This document shows positions 1 to 10,200 of a stretch of DNA of 30,070 nt, piece by piece. The position numbers and the translations under genes were made by a program. Position 1 is the stretch's first letter. Each line of letters begins with the position of its first letter. The DNA comes from Octopus sinensis. Taxonomy: Eukaryota. The stretch covers positions 1 to 30,070 of the forward strand of contig NW_021832677.1 of assembly GCF_006345805.1 (NCBI RefSeq), given 5' to 3'. The notes beneath the pieces are model-generated. The model was not told where the DNA came from. It saw only the letters and a list, made by a program, of their open reading frames with translations, and made no database searches.

Positions 1-1175
1 TTTTTTTCATTAGCATCGTTTTTTAAAAGAAATTTTACTTATTCTATTTTCTTTAATAGTTCATATATAATTCCAATTCTTTTTCTTTTTCTGCCTCTAC
101 GGAGGAGAGCTTATTCGTTCTTTTCTTTTACATTTTTAACCACTGTGAACGCTTCTTCTGTTATTACCATCTCCTTCACACCATCTTGTACCACTTCGTC
201 CACCTATTGTTCTTCAGACTGTTCCATTTGTTGTTCTTTCTCTCTCTGGGGGCACCTCGCCTTCATGTGGCCTTTTCCCCGCATTGATAGCATATAGGAG
301 GCCTGCCCTCCACTACCACTCTCAGCCTCACATCCTCTGGTAAAATTATTTCCTCTGCAATTTCGTTTAAGTCTCTCAAACTTGCTTTATGGCCATCTCT
401 ATGCCATAACCCAACCAATTTAACCTTTTGGTTTTGTTACTCTAAGTATTTTTACGTCTTCCTCCTTGTTAAACATTATCGCTGCTACCAACCAAATTTC
501 ATTTATTTCTGGGGGTACTTTTCTCACTCTCACCCTGGCAACACACTTGCCACAGTACGTTGGCAAAAGTACCCATTCTTCTGTCTGGCTACAGAGGCGT
601 GCTTTATCACTTTGTCTTCAGTCGCGAATCGCACCTCCACTGTGCCATCCTTTTATGATGAAAGTGGTGAACTTCTTGATCTCTTTTAGACACTCTTTAA
701 CAGCTTCGATAGTTGCGATTTCAATTTTTCTCCATGACACTTTCAGTGTTTTGCATATCACAGTTCTTTTTATCACCCCATTCATTAGTTCATTTGAGGG
801 GGTTAATTTTAGAATATTACCTTCTCTTTTCAACAATTTCTCACACTCTTTCAGCTTCCTCGGTTCCACCTTCATCTCAGGAACCTCTAAAGCGTCAGAG
901 TTCACTCTTCTGCCAGTTGCGGCTGCATAACTGTGGCCTTTTGCTGGTCCACTTTCCATTTTCTTCTCTTCTCAGGTTCCCCCATAAATGGGAAAAGAAC
1001 GAACACAAATCAACAACGCGTATGTAAAAATAGCAGCTGCAATTGCAACATTCAACAATCGTAGGTACACCTACGAGGAGAGACCTTCAACAAATCAACA
1101 AATATATTATAACATCACTTACTTCTACGGAGTCACAAGGATTTAACACACCACGGTGTAGAAACTCGAATTAAC
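1..1175 (-). mobile_element. Decayed gag/ORF1-like element (L1/Tx1-type CCHC zinc knuckle), copy 1; runs off the window start
   Basis: The ORF from 959 (MESGPAKGHSY...) continues through stops and frameshifts into LLPTYCGKCVARVRVRKVPPEINEIWLVAAIM and VRLRVVVEGRPPICYQCGEK/GHMKARCP (CX2CX4HX4C at 252-292, one base short). 960-1175 would be the 5' UTR. Assignment to L1/Tx1 ORF1 is inferred from the EGRPPxC motif context. Confidence 0.65.
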
Positions 1176-2475
1176 ACTTATTCTTTATTAAGCACTCAGG
1201 CTTTTACACAGAGGGGACATCACAAGGACAGACAGAATACCACAGTGAGGACAAAAGACATAAAACGAATGAAAATGGGGAAAATATATAATAAATGAAA
1301 AGGAAATGGCTGCATGAGCCCCATTCTCATGCAGTACCATTTCAACTTCTTACAGGCAGTTTATAATCTTTTCTTCTTTCCTTTTGTTTCTTTCCATTAG
1401 TATGGTTTTTTTAAAAGAAATTTTACTTACTTAGGCGCAGGAGTGGCTGTGTGGTAAGTAGCTTGCTAACCAGCCACATGGTTCCGGGTTCAGTCCCACC
1501 GCGTGGCATCTTGGGCAAGTGTCTTCTGCTAGCCCGGGCCGACCAATGCCTTGTGAGTGGATTTGGTAGACGGAAACTGAAAGAAGCCTGTCGTATATAT
1601 GTATATATATGTGTCTGTGTTTGTCTCCCTAGCATTGCTTGACAACTGATGCTGGTGTGCTTACATCCCCGTCACTTAGCGGTTCGGCAAAAGAGACCGA
1701 TAGAATAAGTACTGGGCTTACAAAGAATAAGTCCCGGGGTCGATTTGCTCGACTAAAGGCGGTGCTCCAGCATGGCTGCAGTCAAATGACTGAAACAAGT
1801 AAAAGAGTACACTTTTTTTTTTTTAAAGTTCATACATGGTTCCAATCCTCTATATTCCATCACTGGCGGCAGTTCATCAAACTCCACCTCAAATCCCGGC
1901 GGATCGATATCCCTTCCAAATATTTCCTTTAACCTGTTATACCCCTCTTTATCTATAACAATTGCTCTCACATTTTCCGTGTAAATCTCCGTAGGCAACT
2001 TAACCCTTATTATGGATTTAAACTTCATTATCTTTTTTTCTATCGCCGTGCTCTTGGCGTATGTCACGAAATTCCACTTATGCTTCTTCGGCTTTCATAT
2101 CTGTTTGTTTTTTCCTTGCTCCACCCTTGGCGCCATTTTCGAGATGCCCCCTCTCTGGGGGCACCTCGCCCTCATGCGGCCCCCTGCCCGCATTGATAAC
2201 ACATTGGAGGCCTGCCCTCCACTACCACTCCCAGCCCCACAACCTCCGGCAAAACCACCTCCTCTGCAGCTCTGTCCAAGTCACCCAAACATGCCCGTAC
2301 GGCCATCTCCACGCCACAACCCAAACAATCCAACCCACTGGCTCCCGCCACCCCAAAACACCTCTACGTCCTCCTCCATGCCAAACATTACCGCTGCCAC
2401 CAACCACGCTTCATCCACTTCCGGAGGCGCCTTTCCCACTCTCACCCCGGTAACACGCCCGCCACAGTACGTCCC
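1176..2475 (-). mobile_element. Decayed gag/ORF1-like element, copy 2, 5'-truncated, split by a SINE (1434-1809)
   Basis: 2148-2240 aligns with 241-327 (knuckle at 2161-2201). TYCGGRVTGVRVGKAPPEVDEAWLVAAVM matches copy 1. 1388-1432 matches 1-44, and 1810-1850 resembles 45-80, so the element is continuous across the SINE. Confidence 0.7.
1434..1809 (+). mobile_element. tRNA-derived SINE family A (octopus OK/OR-type; exact family name uncertain)
   Basis: A-box-like TGGCTGTGTGG, B-box-like GGTTCAGTCC, CORE-like CTTGGGCAAGT, internal TA/TG microsatellite, 3' end GACTGAAACAAGTAAAAGAGTA; five further near-identical copies in the window. Confidence 0.9.
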
Positions 2476-2522
2476 TTCGCATAGGTATTTTGAACTTTGG
2501 TTACAAATCCAGCGTGTACTTA

Positions 2523-2546
2523 AACATATACACGCACACACACACC

Positions 2547-2594
<48 letters not shown>

Positions 2595-2601
2595 CATATA
2601 T

Positions 2602-2638
<37 letters not shown>

Positions 2639-2712
2639 CATACATACATGCATACATATATATATATATACACACACACACACATCTATATCTATACATG
2701 CGTTTGTGTGTG
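2523..2712. repeat. Compound (CA)n/(TA)n microsatellite
   Basis: Directly visible dinucleotide runs. Confidence 0.95.
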
Positions 2713-3301
2713 TAAATTCTATGCGTAAAATTGTGTGATCGTGATCATATGCCTACATCGCATATTTGAACAGTAGATAGTTATATCAATGCATATACAA
2801 TTGAAATCGGAGCACAAACGTGTTTCGCTCGTGATTTCAATATCCATTTCAGAATAAAATGGGTATATTTTCATAATTAGCGTCAAAAACTTATGCAATA
2901 TATATTAATTATGGTTTTATATACAAAATTGATAAATAGGTTTTTATTTATCTCGATGGAAAGGTCATTTTCTATACTCGCAGATGTTTGCATTTAAAAA
3001 ATTTCATACGAAATTAGATAACTGCTATCAAGTCTCCTTAGTATAGTCGGTCATTTATGGGGGTGTCAGTTACCTATCGCACTAGTACCAGATCATTTAC
3101 GAACCGCTTATCTTCCCTCGAGAGATATCGTTTGCACAACTGTAAGCATTCGTCAGTTATTCCCTCCCTCCAAAAACACAAAAAAACGTTGAATTTTAAA
3201 AATCAGTTGCTTAAACCTTCACTCATTCGCACACGTTGATACTCGCACACATAATACATACACTCACGCATACATATTATACATGCGTATACCACCTGTA
3301 T

Positions 3302-3304
3302 GAA

Positions 3305-3372
<68 letters not shown>

Positions 3373-3508
3373 ACTCACTCAATCAATCAATTAATCAATC
3401 AATCAATCAATCATCAATCATTCAATCAATCAATCAATCTATCTATCACTCACTCACTCACTCACTCACTCACTCACTCACTCACTCACTCACTCACTCA
3501 CTCAATCA

Positions 3509-3594
<86 letters not shown>

Positions 3595-3604
3595 ATATAT
3601 ATAT
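3302..3604. repeat. Compound tetranucleotide microsatellite (TATC)n-(TCAA)n-(TCAC)n-(TATC)n
   Basis: Directly visible. Confidence 0.95.
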
Positions 3605-4109
3605 AATCCGATTGATCTGTTTAAATTGTGCGCCAAACAGATTCTATGACGATGAGGTAAGCACTTACCTTTAGTTGCTGCTCACCAAACCAAACTATAA
3701 CCTTTTGAAGAGACTAAGAAACTTAACCATCTGTACTTATGTATATATAGTTAAAGGCTTTAGTAAATGCTTGTGAACAAAAAGTTAAAAACTGCCTATT
3801 ACTTTGGATGGGAAATGTCTTCAAGTTGTTTTCAACAATCACATTCACATTGGTTTAATTACACAAAAATTAGACAAGACATCTTTTTCCCCAGTAATCT
3901 AGAGGGAGAGCAAAAGAGAAAAAAGACTAGGGCACACAGGTACATTTAAGTCGGTCAATAAATTAGGTAAAAGCGTTGATGAGTCACCCCACCTACCACG
4001 ATAAACGCATTTAAACATATATATACATACGTACAATTCTCATCAATAAAAATTGAAAAATAAAACTGAAAACGCTTGAATATAGCAACCATACGTAATT
4101 ATCACCTTC

Positions 4110-4494
4110 GGATCGTTTCGGTTTGAACGGCAGTTTTTTCTAGCGGTGTCATATGAAATTGTGACCCATAATTATGACCCTAGTATCGATCTATTGCATT
4201 TCAATCTGTTTTAGGGTTAGGGTTAGTTAGAGTTAGGGTTAGGGGTAGGGGAAAGGTATCTTTTTTTGTTCAAAATTGTAATTTTTTTTTTACTGCAATA
4301 GACGTCAGTGATTGGTTGAAATTGCCGAAATGCAAGAAATTAAAGACCAAATATCTTACAAACTATAGAATTTTCTCAATAAAGCCAAGAGAAAAAAGAT
4401 GTTTTATAAACACATTCTACCAGTATACGAAGTTTAAAATTTTTTAGTTACCTAGAAATTATTTAAAAAACTGCCGTTCAAACCGAAAAGATCC
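4110..4494. mobile_element. MITE (non-autonomous DNA transposon), 385 bp, ~28-bp TIRs, 8-bp TSD
   Basis: Left end GGATCGTTTCGGTTTGAACGGCAGTTTT; right end AAAACTGCCGTTCAAACCGAAAAGATCC; TSD TCACCTTC at 4102-4109 and 4495-4502. Confidence 0.92.
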
Positions 4495-5014
4495 TCACCT
4501 TCAAATAGGAGCTGTCATTGTGAAACTTTATCTACAAAAGTGAGTAACAGAAATCACCCAGCTGTTTATAAGAGAGATGAGGGACTCTCAATAAAAGCCA
4601 CAGACGTTCCTTCTCAAGGGTTTACAGATTAAGTTTGGTAAAAAAAATTATTTTGATAACAGGATGCAGTGTGGAAAGAAGGATATCCAAAATAAGTGTT
4701 ATTTTTGTATTACACCAAAACATAGTATCAATGGTTATATCACTGAGACTTCGACAGGAAAGCTTCAGAATAGGAATAAATATGATCTTTTATTGGTGAT
4801 ATCTTATCGGTTGCTACCAGCAAAGTGTCAGTGGGTATATATATATATATATATATATATAAAAGCATACTGGGAGAAAGGAAAGAAACGAAACGAAACG
4901 ACGCGAGGGCGCTCAGTCATACAATAATGTAATAAATAAAATATATGCATACATACATATATGTACGTACCTACATCTACATGTATATATACATGCATAT
5001 ATAAATATATATAT

Positions 5015-5226
5015 GTGAGTACAGGACACCACAAATGGACGTAGAACTCAACGAGAACGAAAACATAAAAACAAGGACATAAAAACAAGGGAACGGACTT
5101 ATTTTTAAGAACGAAAAAACAGAACACAGGACAAACAACACAAGGAACATTCCCCTTCATCAGCTGTCCTCGGTTCGACTCCATGCGTGTTTCGAAGGTA
5201 AGGACAGGACACGCTCGTCGGACCGG
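5015..5226 (-). repeat. Unclassified interspersed-repeat-like segment (F) bounded by TA-rich runs; possibly a Penelope-type terminal region
   Basis: Strand-biased composition with repeated AAAACAAGG motifs, CTGATGA on the minus strand, microsatellite on both sides. Single copy here, so repeat status is inferred. Confidence 0.35.
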
Positions 5227-5244
5227 TATATATATATATATATA

Positions 5245-5822
5245 CCACAACCGAGAAGGGAACTTCATGGGAAAAAGGTTCTTCTATCTATCTGGTGGGA
5301 TTGCAAAGGAGTAATGCACTTTGAATTGTTAACCACCTAATGCAACAATCAATGCTCAAGTCTACTGTCAGCAATTAGAGCGTTTGAACCAAGCTTTGAA
5401 GGAAAAAAGACCAGCTTTAGTGAATCGAAAAGGAGTGATGTTTCATCAGATAATGTGTAACCCCACACTGCAAAGATCCCATCACAGAAGATCGAAGAGC
5501 TTGGTTGGGAAAACATTCCTCATCCACCTTATTCTCCTGACCTTGCTCCTTCAAACTACCATTTGTTTCATAGTTTACCGAATCATTTGGGGGACATAAC
5601 TTTCGTAAGCCAGGAGGAGGTCAAAACTGACACTTTAGAGTTCTTCGCTTTGAAACCAAAAGAGTTTTACATTGATGGGATTAAAAAGCTTGTAAATAGA
5701 AGGAAAGAAGTCATAGATAATCAGGGAAAGTACATTGATGATTAAATTTCAATTAAATATAACATTTGATCACTTGTTTTCTTTATTCAAAATTAGGACA
5801 GAACTTATGGGATGACCTGATA
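5245..5822 (+). mobile_element. mariner (DD34D) transposase relic, 3' half with right TIR
   Basis: Translation across frameshifts: QPRRELHGKKVLLSIWWDCKGVMHFELL...LKEKRPALVNRKGV...HPPYSPDLAPSNYHLF...NQGKYIDD*. TIR-like GGACAGAACTTATGGGATGACCTGA followed by TA at 5821-5822. Confidence 0.92.
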
Positions 5823-6141
5823 GTTTGCATGGTTGGCCCTGTGGATTTAACCAATACGGATCCTTATATCCCTCACTTGACATTCTGTTAACCAGGTGTT
5901 TTGCATAGAGTGTTGACTGAGGTATTCGCCAGGATTTCTTCAATTCATACTTTCTGTCATCGTATAGATATATATAAAACAAAAGTAGTTTGGCAATCGT
6001 TAATCAGTTTAACTCACCAGTTTTCATTGTGCTTTCCGTTCTCAGTAGAATTGTAAATTAAAGATGTGCAATCTAAAATTGTGTTTTAGTGATTTCATAA
6101 CAGCAATCGGCCTTTATCCAACATGCTGCAAACTTCTACTT

Positions 6142-6339
6142 CAATAGACGTCAGTGATTGGTTGAAATTGCCGAAATGCAAGAAATTAAAGACCAAATAT
6201 CTTACAAACTATAGAATTTTCTCAATAAAGCCAAGAGAAAAAGATGTTTTATAAACACATTCTACCAGTATACGAAGTTTAAATTTTTTTAGTTACCTAG
6301 AAATTATGTTAAAAACTGCCGTTCAAACCGAAAAGATCC
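6142..6339. mobile_element. Right half of the same MITE family as 4110-4494
   Basis: Near-identical to 4296-4494 including the right TIR; no left TIR found upstream. Confidence 0.9.
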
Positions 6340-6582
6340 CATTTTTCTATTAACTTTAAAACGTAATTGTAGACCCTTCTTTATATCAGTTACTTAACAT
6401 GGTTTGCTAAAAAATCTAAATATCTTAGTAGATTTTCCATACAATGTCAAAAATAAACAAAATTACTATTATTTCTTAGGTGCGCGTGTGTGTATGTGAC
6501 TAGTAGGTTGGGCTAGTCTTAAATTTTACCTTCGTTTTAACTAAAGCAAACAGTATTTCGACATGACTGTTCAACTGAATTA

Positions 6583-8096
6583 CGAGAGTGGGCTGAAAAG
6601 TTCATAAGCTGACTATGAAGGAGTGATACCAGAGTTGTGAAATCTTTCATCCATTAAATTAAAACCTTATTAGTAACTCAATGTTTCTTTCGAAGTGAAC
6701 TGACTTCTGACTGTTCAAAGAAGACTTCAAAAGTAATTAGTAGTGACTTCTCTTGAAAATAGACAAAAATCTGGCATCGTGGTATTATCAAGTAAGGCGG
6801 CGAGCTGGCAGAAACGTTAGCGCGCCGGGCGAAATGCTTAGCGGTATTTCGTCTGTCGTTACGTTCTGAGTTCAAATTCCGCCGAGGTCGACTTTGCCTT
6901 TCAACCTTTCGGGGTCGATAAATAAAGTACCAGTTACGCACTGGGGACGATTTAATCGACTTAATACCTATGTCTGTCCTTGTTTGTCCCCTCTATGTTT
7001 AGCCCCTTGTGGGCAATAAAGAAATAGGTATTATCAAGTACCTGCAGAAAAAAAGCCCGCAACAACAACATTCGTCATGACATTAGAAGATGACGCTCTA
7101 GCTTTATCAACAGTACAAAAATGGGAAGCTGAATTTAGGAGGGGCAAGGAGAGTTTTGAAGATGGTTCACGGTCTAGATGTTCTGCAAATGCCACCACCG
7201 AGGAAAACATTGATTGTGTTTACCATATGCTGACAGATGACCGGCGATTGGCTATAAATTAAATAGCCAATGCTATTAACATATCCCTTGAGAAAGTGGA
7301 GAATATTCTGCACAATGAACTTAGCATGCCGGAGGTTCCTGCTCAGTGGCTGCCACGTCTTCTGACACCCCATTAAAGGCATACCAGGCCGATCACATCA
7401 CAGGAAAATCTGATATTGTTTGAAGCAGATCCAGCTGGTTTCCTCGAACGTTTCCTAACCCAGGATGAGTGTTGGGTTCATCACTTTGAGTCAAAGACAC
7501 AGAGACAATCCATGTAGTGGAAATATCCTTCCTTACCTACTCCAAAGAAGGTCAAGGTCATTTCATCTGCAGGGATGGTAATGGCCTCCATTTTTTTGGG
7601 ATGCAAAGGCATTATGTTTATTGTGTTTATCTTCAAAAAGGGCCAAATCATCAATGGAAAGTACGATGCGAACTTGCTGAGGCAGTTCGGGAGGCTATCA
7701 GGACCAAATGGCCATGAAAACTGATGAGAGGACAATGCTTCAGCACACAAGTCTTTGGTTTCAATGGCTATTGTACGTGACTGCGGCTTTGAACTGGCTT
7801 ATCACCCTCACTGTTCTCCAAATTTGGCCCCGTTCTACTGTCATCTGTTCCCAACATGAAATAAAAAGAAACCCACTTGGTAGTATCGCAGTGATGATGA
7901 CGTCATAGCTATTGTTGGTGAGTTTATTTTTTGGCCAACGGAATAAAAGCTTCTTCACCAATGGGATCCAAGCACTGCAGCACCGATGGAAGAAGTGTGT
8001 GGAGAGCAAGGAGGACTACGTTGAAAAATAAATCTCATTTGGTTACATTCTCTGAGAGTATCTTGGTCGGCCCATGAATTTGTCAGGCGAACCTCG
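6583..8096 (+). mobile_element. Full-length decayed mariner (irritans-like), interrupted by SINE B
   Basis: TA at 6581-6582 and 8097-8098. 31-bp TIRs match at 22/31 by my count (CGAGAGTGGGCTGAAAAGTTCAT vs CGAGGTTCGCCTGACAAATTCAT). Degenerate transposase: DKIWHRGIIKYLQKK...LSTVQKWEAEFRRG...ARW(L)PRLLT...FLTQDECWVHHFE...KGDYVEK*. About 1.27 kb without the SINE. Confidence 0.9.
6795..7026 (+). mobile_element. tRNA-derived SINE family B, full length, 14-bp TSD
   Basis: Head GGCGGCGAGCTGGCAGAAACGTTAG, B box GAGTTCAAATTCC; TSD GGTATTATCAAGTA at 6781-6794 and 7027-7040. Confidence 0.92.
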
Positions 8097-9014
8097 TATG
8101 TTATTACGTTTATGTGATGTTATATCACAGATATTGCAGCTTTTGCGATATTCGGTGGCAAGATGGAGAGCACTGAGACACCATTGTTACAAGCTTTCAA
8201 GTTTATCATATTCCTTTCAATATTCTGCATTCCTTCATCATTATTTGACAAAAGCAATATTTTTTTGCTTAATCGTGACACATAACACAGGTATTATATG
8301 AAAGAAAAAAATAAAGAAGAAAAGGAATGAAAAAATATAAAGAAGCTGATTTACGAAATTTTTTCTCTATTCGTTTTCTACGTTTTTCTTTCAATCTGAC
8401 TCTTTTAGTTAAAATAACAATACACAACTTGTTCCTATAACAAATCCATGCGACAGACAGCGATACTAAAAAATTACACGTGACTCAAAGTTGCCGTGTA
8501 ACGAAGCTAACATACGTTCTTACTGCAAATGTAGTCGTCTGAAATTAATCAATTATATGTCGACTGTCAACTCCTCTCTATCATTCTATCTTTAATAATT
8601 ATTCCTACACGCAAATATACTGTACCTACATAAGAGTAAGACTACCAATAACTCCTAATAAAACGGACAATTTTCATTGACTTTTCAATTAATATTTCCA
8701 ATATTAAACAAGGATTTAAAGCATTCAATGCAATTAATATTTGGGGATTTTGTAAATATTTCCCGGTTACTTTTCCGATCGTTTTGATTTGGTTGAAAAA
8801 CCTCTAATTAATGAGCGTATTTCTTCAAGGTTTAATTGTTTTAGTGAAGTTGTGCCAGAAGATCGAAAAGGGGTTACAGAAGCAGTTTATAGGGAATTTG
8901 GTACCTATTTTAAAGCGCTCAAAACAGATTCTATTTTCTAATAATTTTTTTATTAATTTTTCTATATAAAATGCATAGAAAACCTGGCAAGATTTTAAAA
9001 ATTCATTGTAACAA

Positions 9015-9065
<51 letters not shown>

Positions 9066-9111
9066 ATCTATCTATCTATCTATCTATCTATCTACCTATC
9101 TACCTATCTAC

Positions 9112-9194
<83 letters not shown>

Positions 9195-9232
9195 GTATAT
9201 CTGCCTGCTTGTTTGTCTATCTATCTATCTAT
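9015..9232. repeat. (TATC)n microsatellite
   Basis: Directly visible. Confidence 0.95.
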
Positions 9233-9366
9233 CAAACTTTCATAACCATCATCATGTATCTGCCCAACTGTTCGAATAACTGATTTCCACTTTACGCATT
9301 TCTTTAATCTTCTACCTTTATCTCTGATTTGTGCTTCTCATGCCTTTCTCTCTGACTTGAAAATGC

Positions 9367-9961
9367 GCGCACATACACACACACACACATACATGCATAC
9401 ATACATACATACATGCATACATACATGCATATACATACATACATCATACATACATACATACATACATACATACATGCATACATACATACATACATGCATA
9501 CATACATACATACATACATGCATACATACATCATACATACATACATACATGCACACATACATACATACATACATACATGCATACATACATACATACATGC
9601 ATACATACATGCATACATACATACATACATACATACATACATACATGCATACATACATGCATACATACATACATGCATACATACATACATGCATGCATAT
9701 ATACATACATACATACACATACATACATACATACATACATACACACATACATACATACATACACACATACATACATACATACATACACACACATACACAT
9801 AATACATACATAGATACATAGATACATAGATACATACATACATACATGCATACATACATACATACATACATACATACATACATACATGCATACATACATA
9901 TACATACATACATAGATACATAGATACATAGATACATACAACCATCATACATGCATACATA

Positions 9962-10014
<53 letters not shown>

Positions 10015-10200
10015 CGTGTGTGTGTTTGTGTGTGTAAGAGAGAGAGAAGAGAGAGAGGGGGAGAGAGAAGGAAGAGGGAAGAGAGAAGGAGAGGGGGAGA
10101 GAGGGAAGAGAAAAGGAGTGGAAGAGAGAGAGAGAGAGAGAGAGAGAAGGAGAGGGGACAGAGAGAGGGGGAGATAGAGAGGTGGGAGGAAGAGAATAAA
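9367..10200. repeat. Long (TACA/TGCA)n array, then (TA)n and a GA-rich polypurine tract
   Basis: Directly visible; source of several spurious ORFs. Confidence 0.95.

Noticed and set aside
1070-1076. Palindrome TAGGTACACCTA (around 1062-1075) also present in the SINE C tail (~12469-12482)
   Set aside because: A 12-bp match is expected by chance in 30 kb, and the orientation is opposite relative to each element's sense strand.
2012-2728. 238-aa Pro/Thr-rich plus-strand ORF
   Set aside because: Antisense shadow of the G-rich gag-like element plus a microsatellite; the recognisable motifs are on the minus strand.
3700-3725. TTGAAGAGACTAAGAAAC hammerhead-like word
   Set aside because: The first core base is wrong, helix II does not close, and no helix I or III is evident.
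4211-4251. True telomere or chromosome-fusion scar
   Set aside because: Short, degenerate and internal to a TIR-bounded MITE with TSDs.
8757-8942. Stop-free ~60-codon plus-strand stretch (...DLVEKPLINERISSRFNCFSEVVPEDRKG...)
   Set aside because: No start codon, no convincing splice sites and no recognisable domain.
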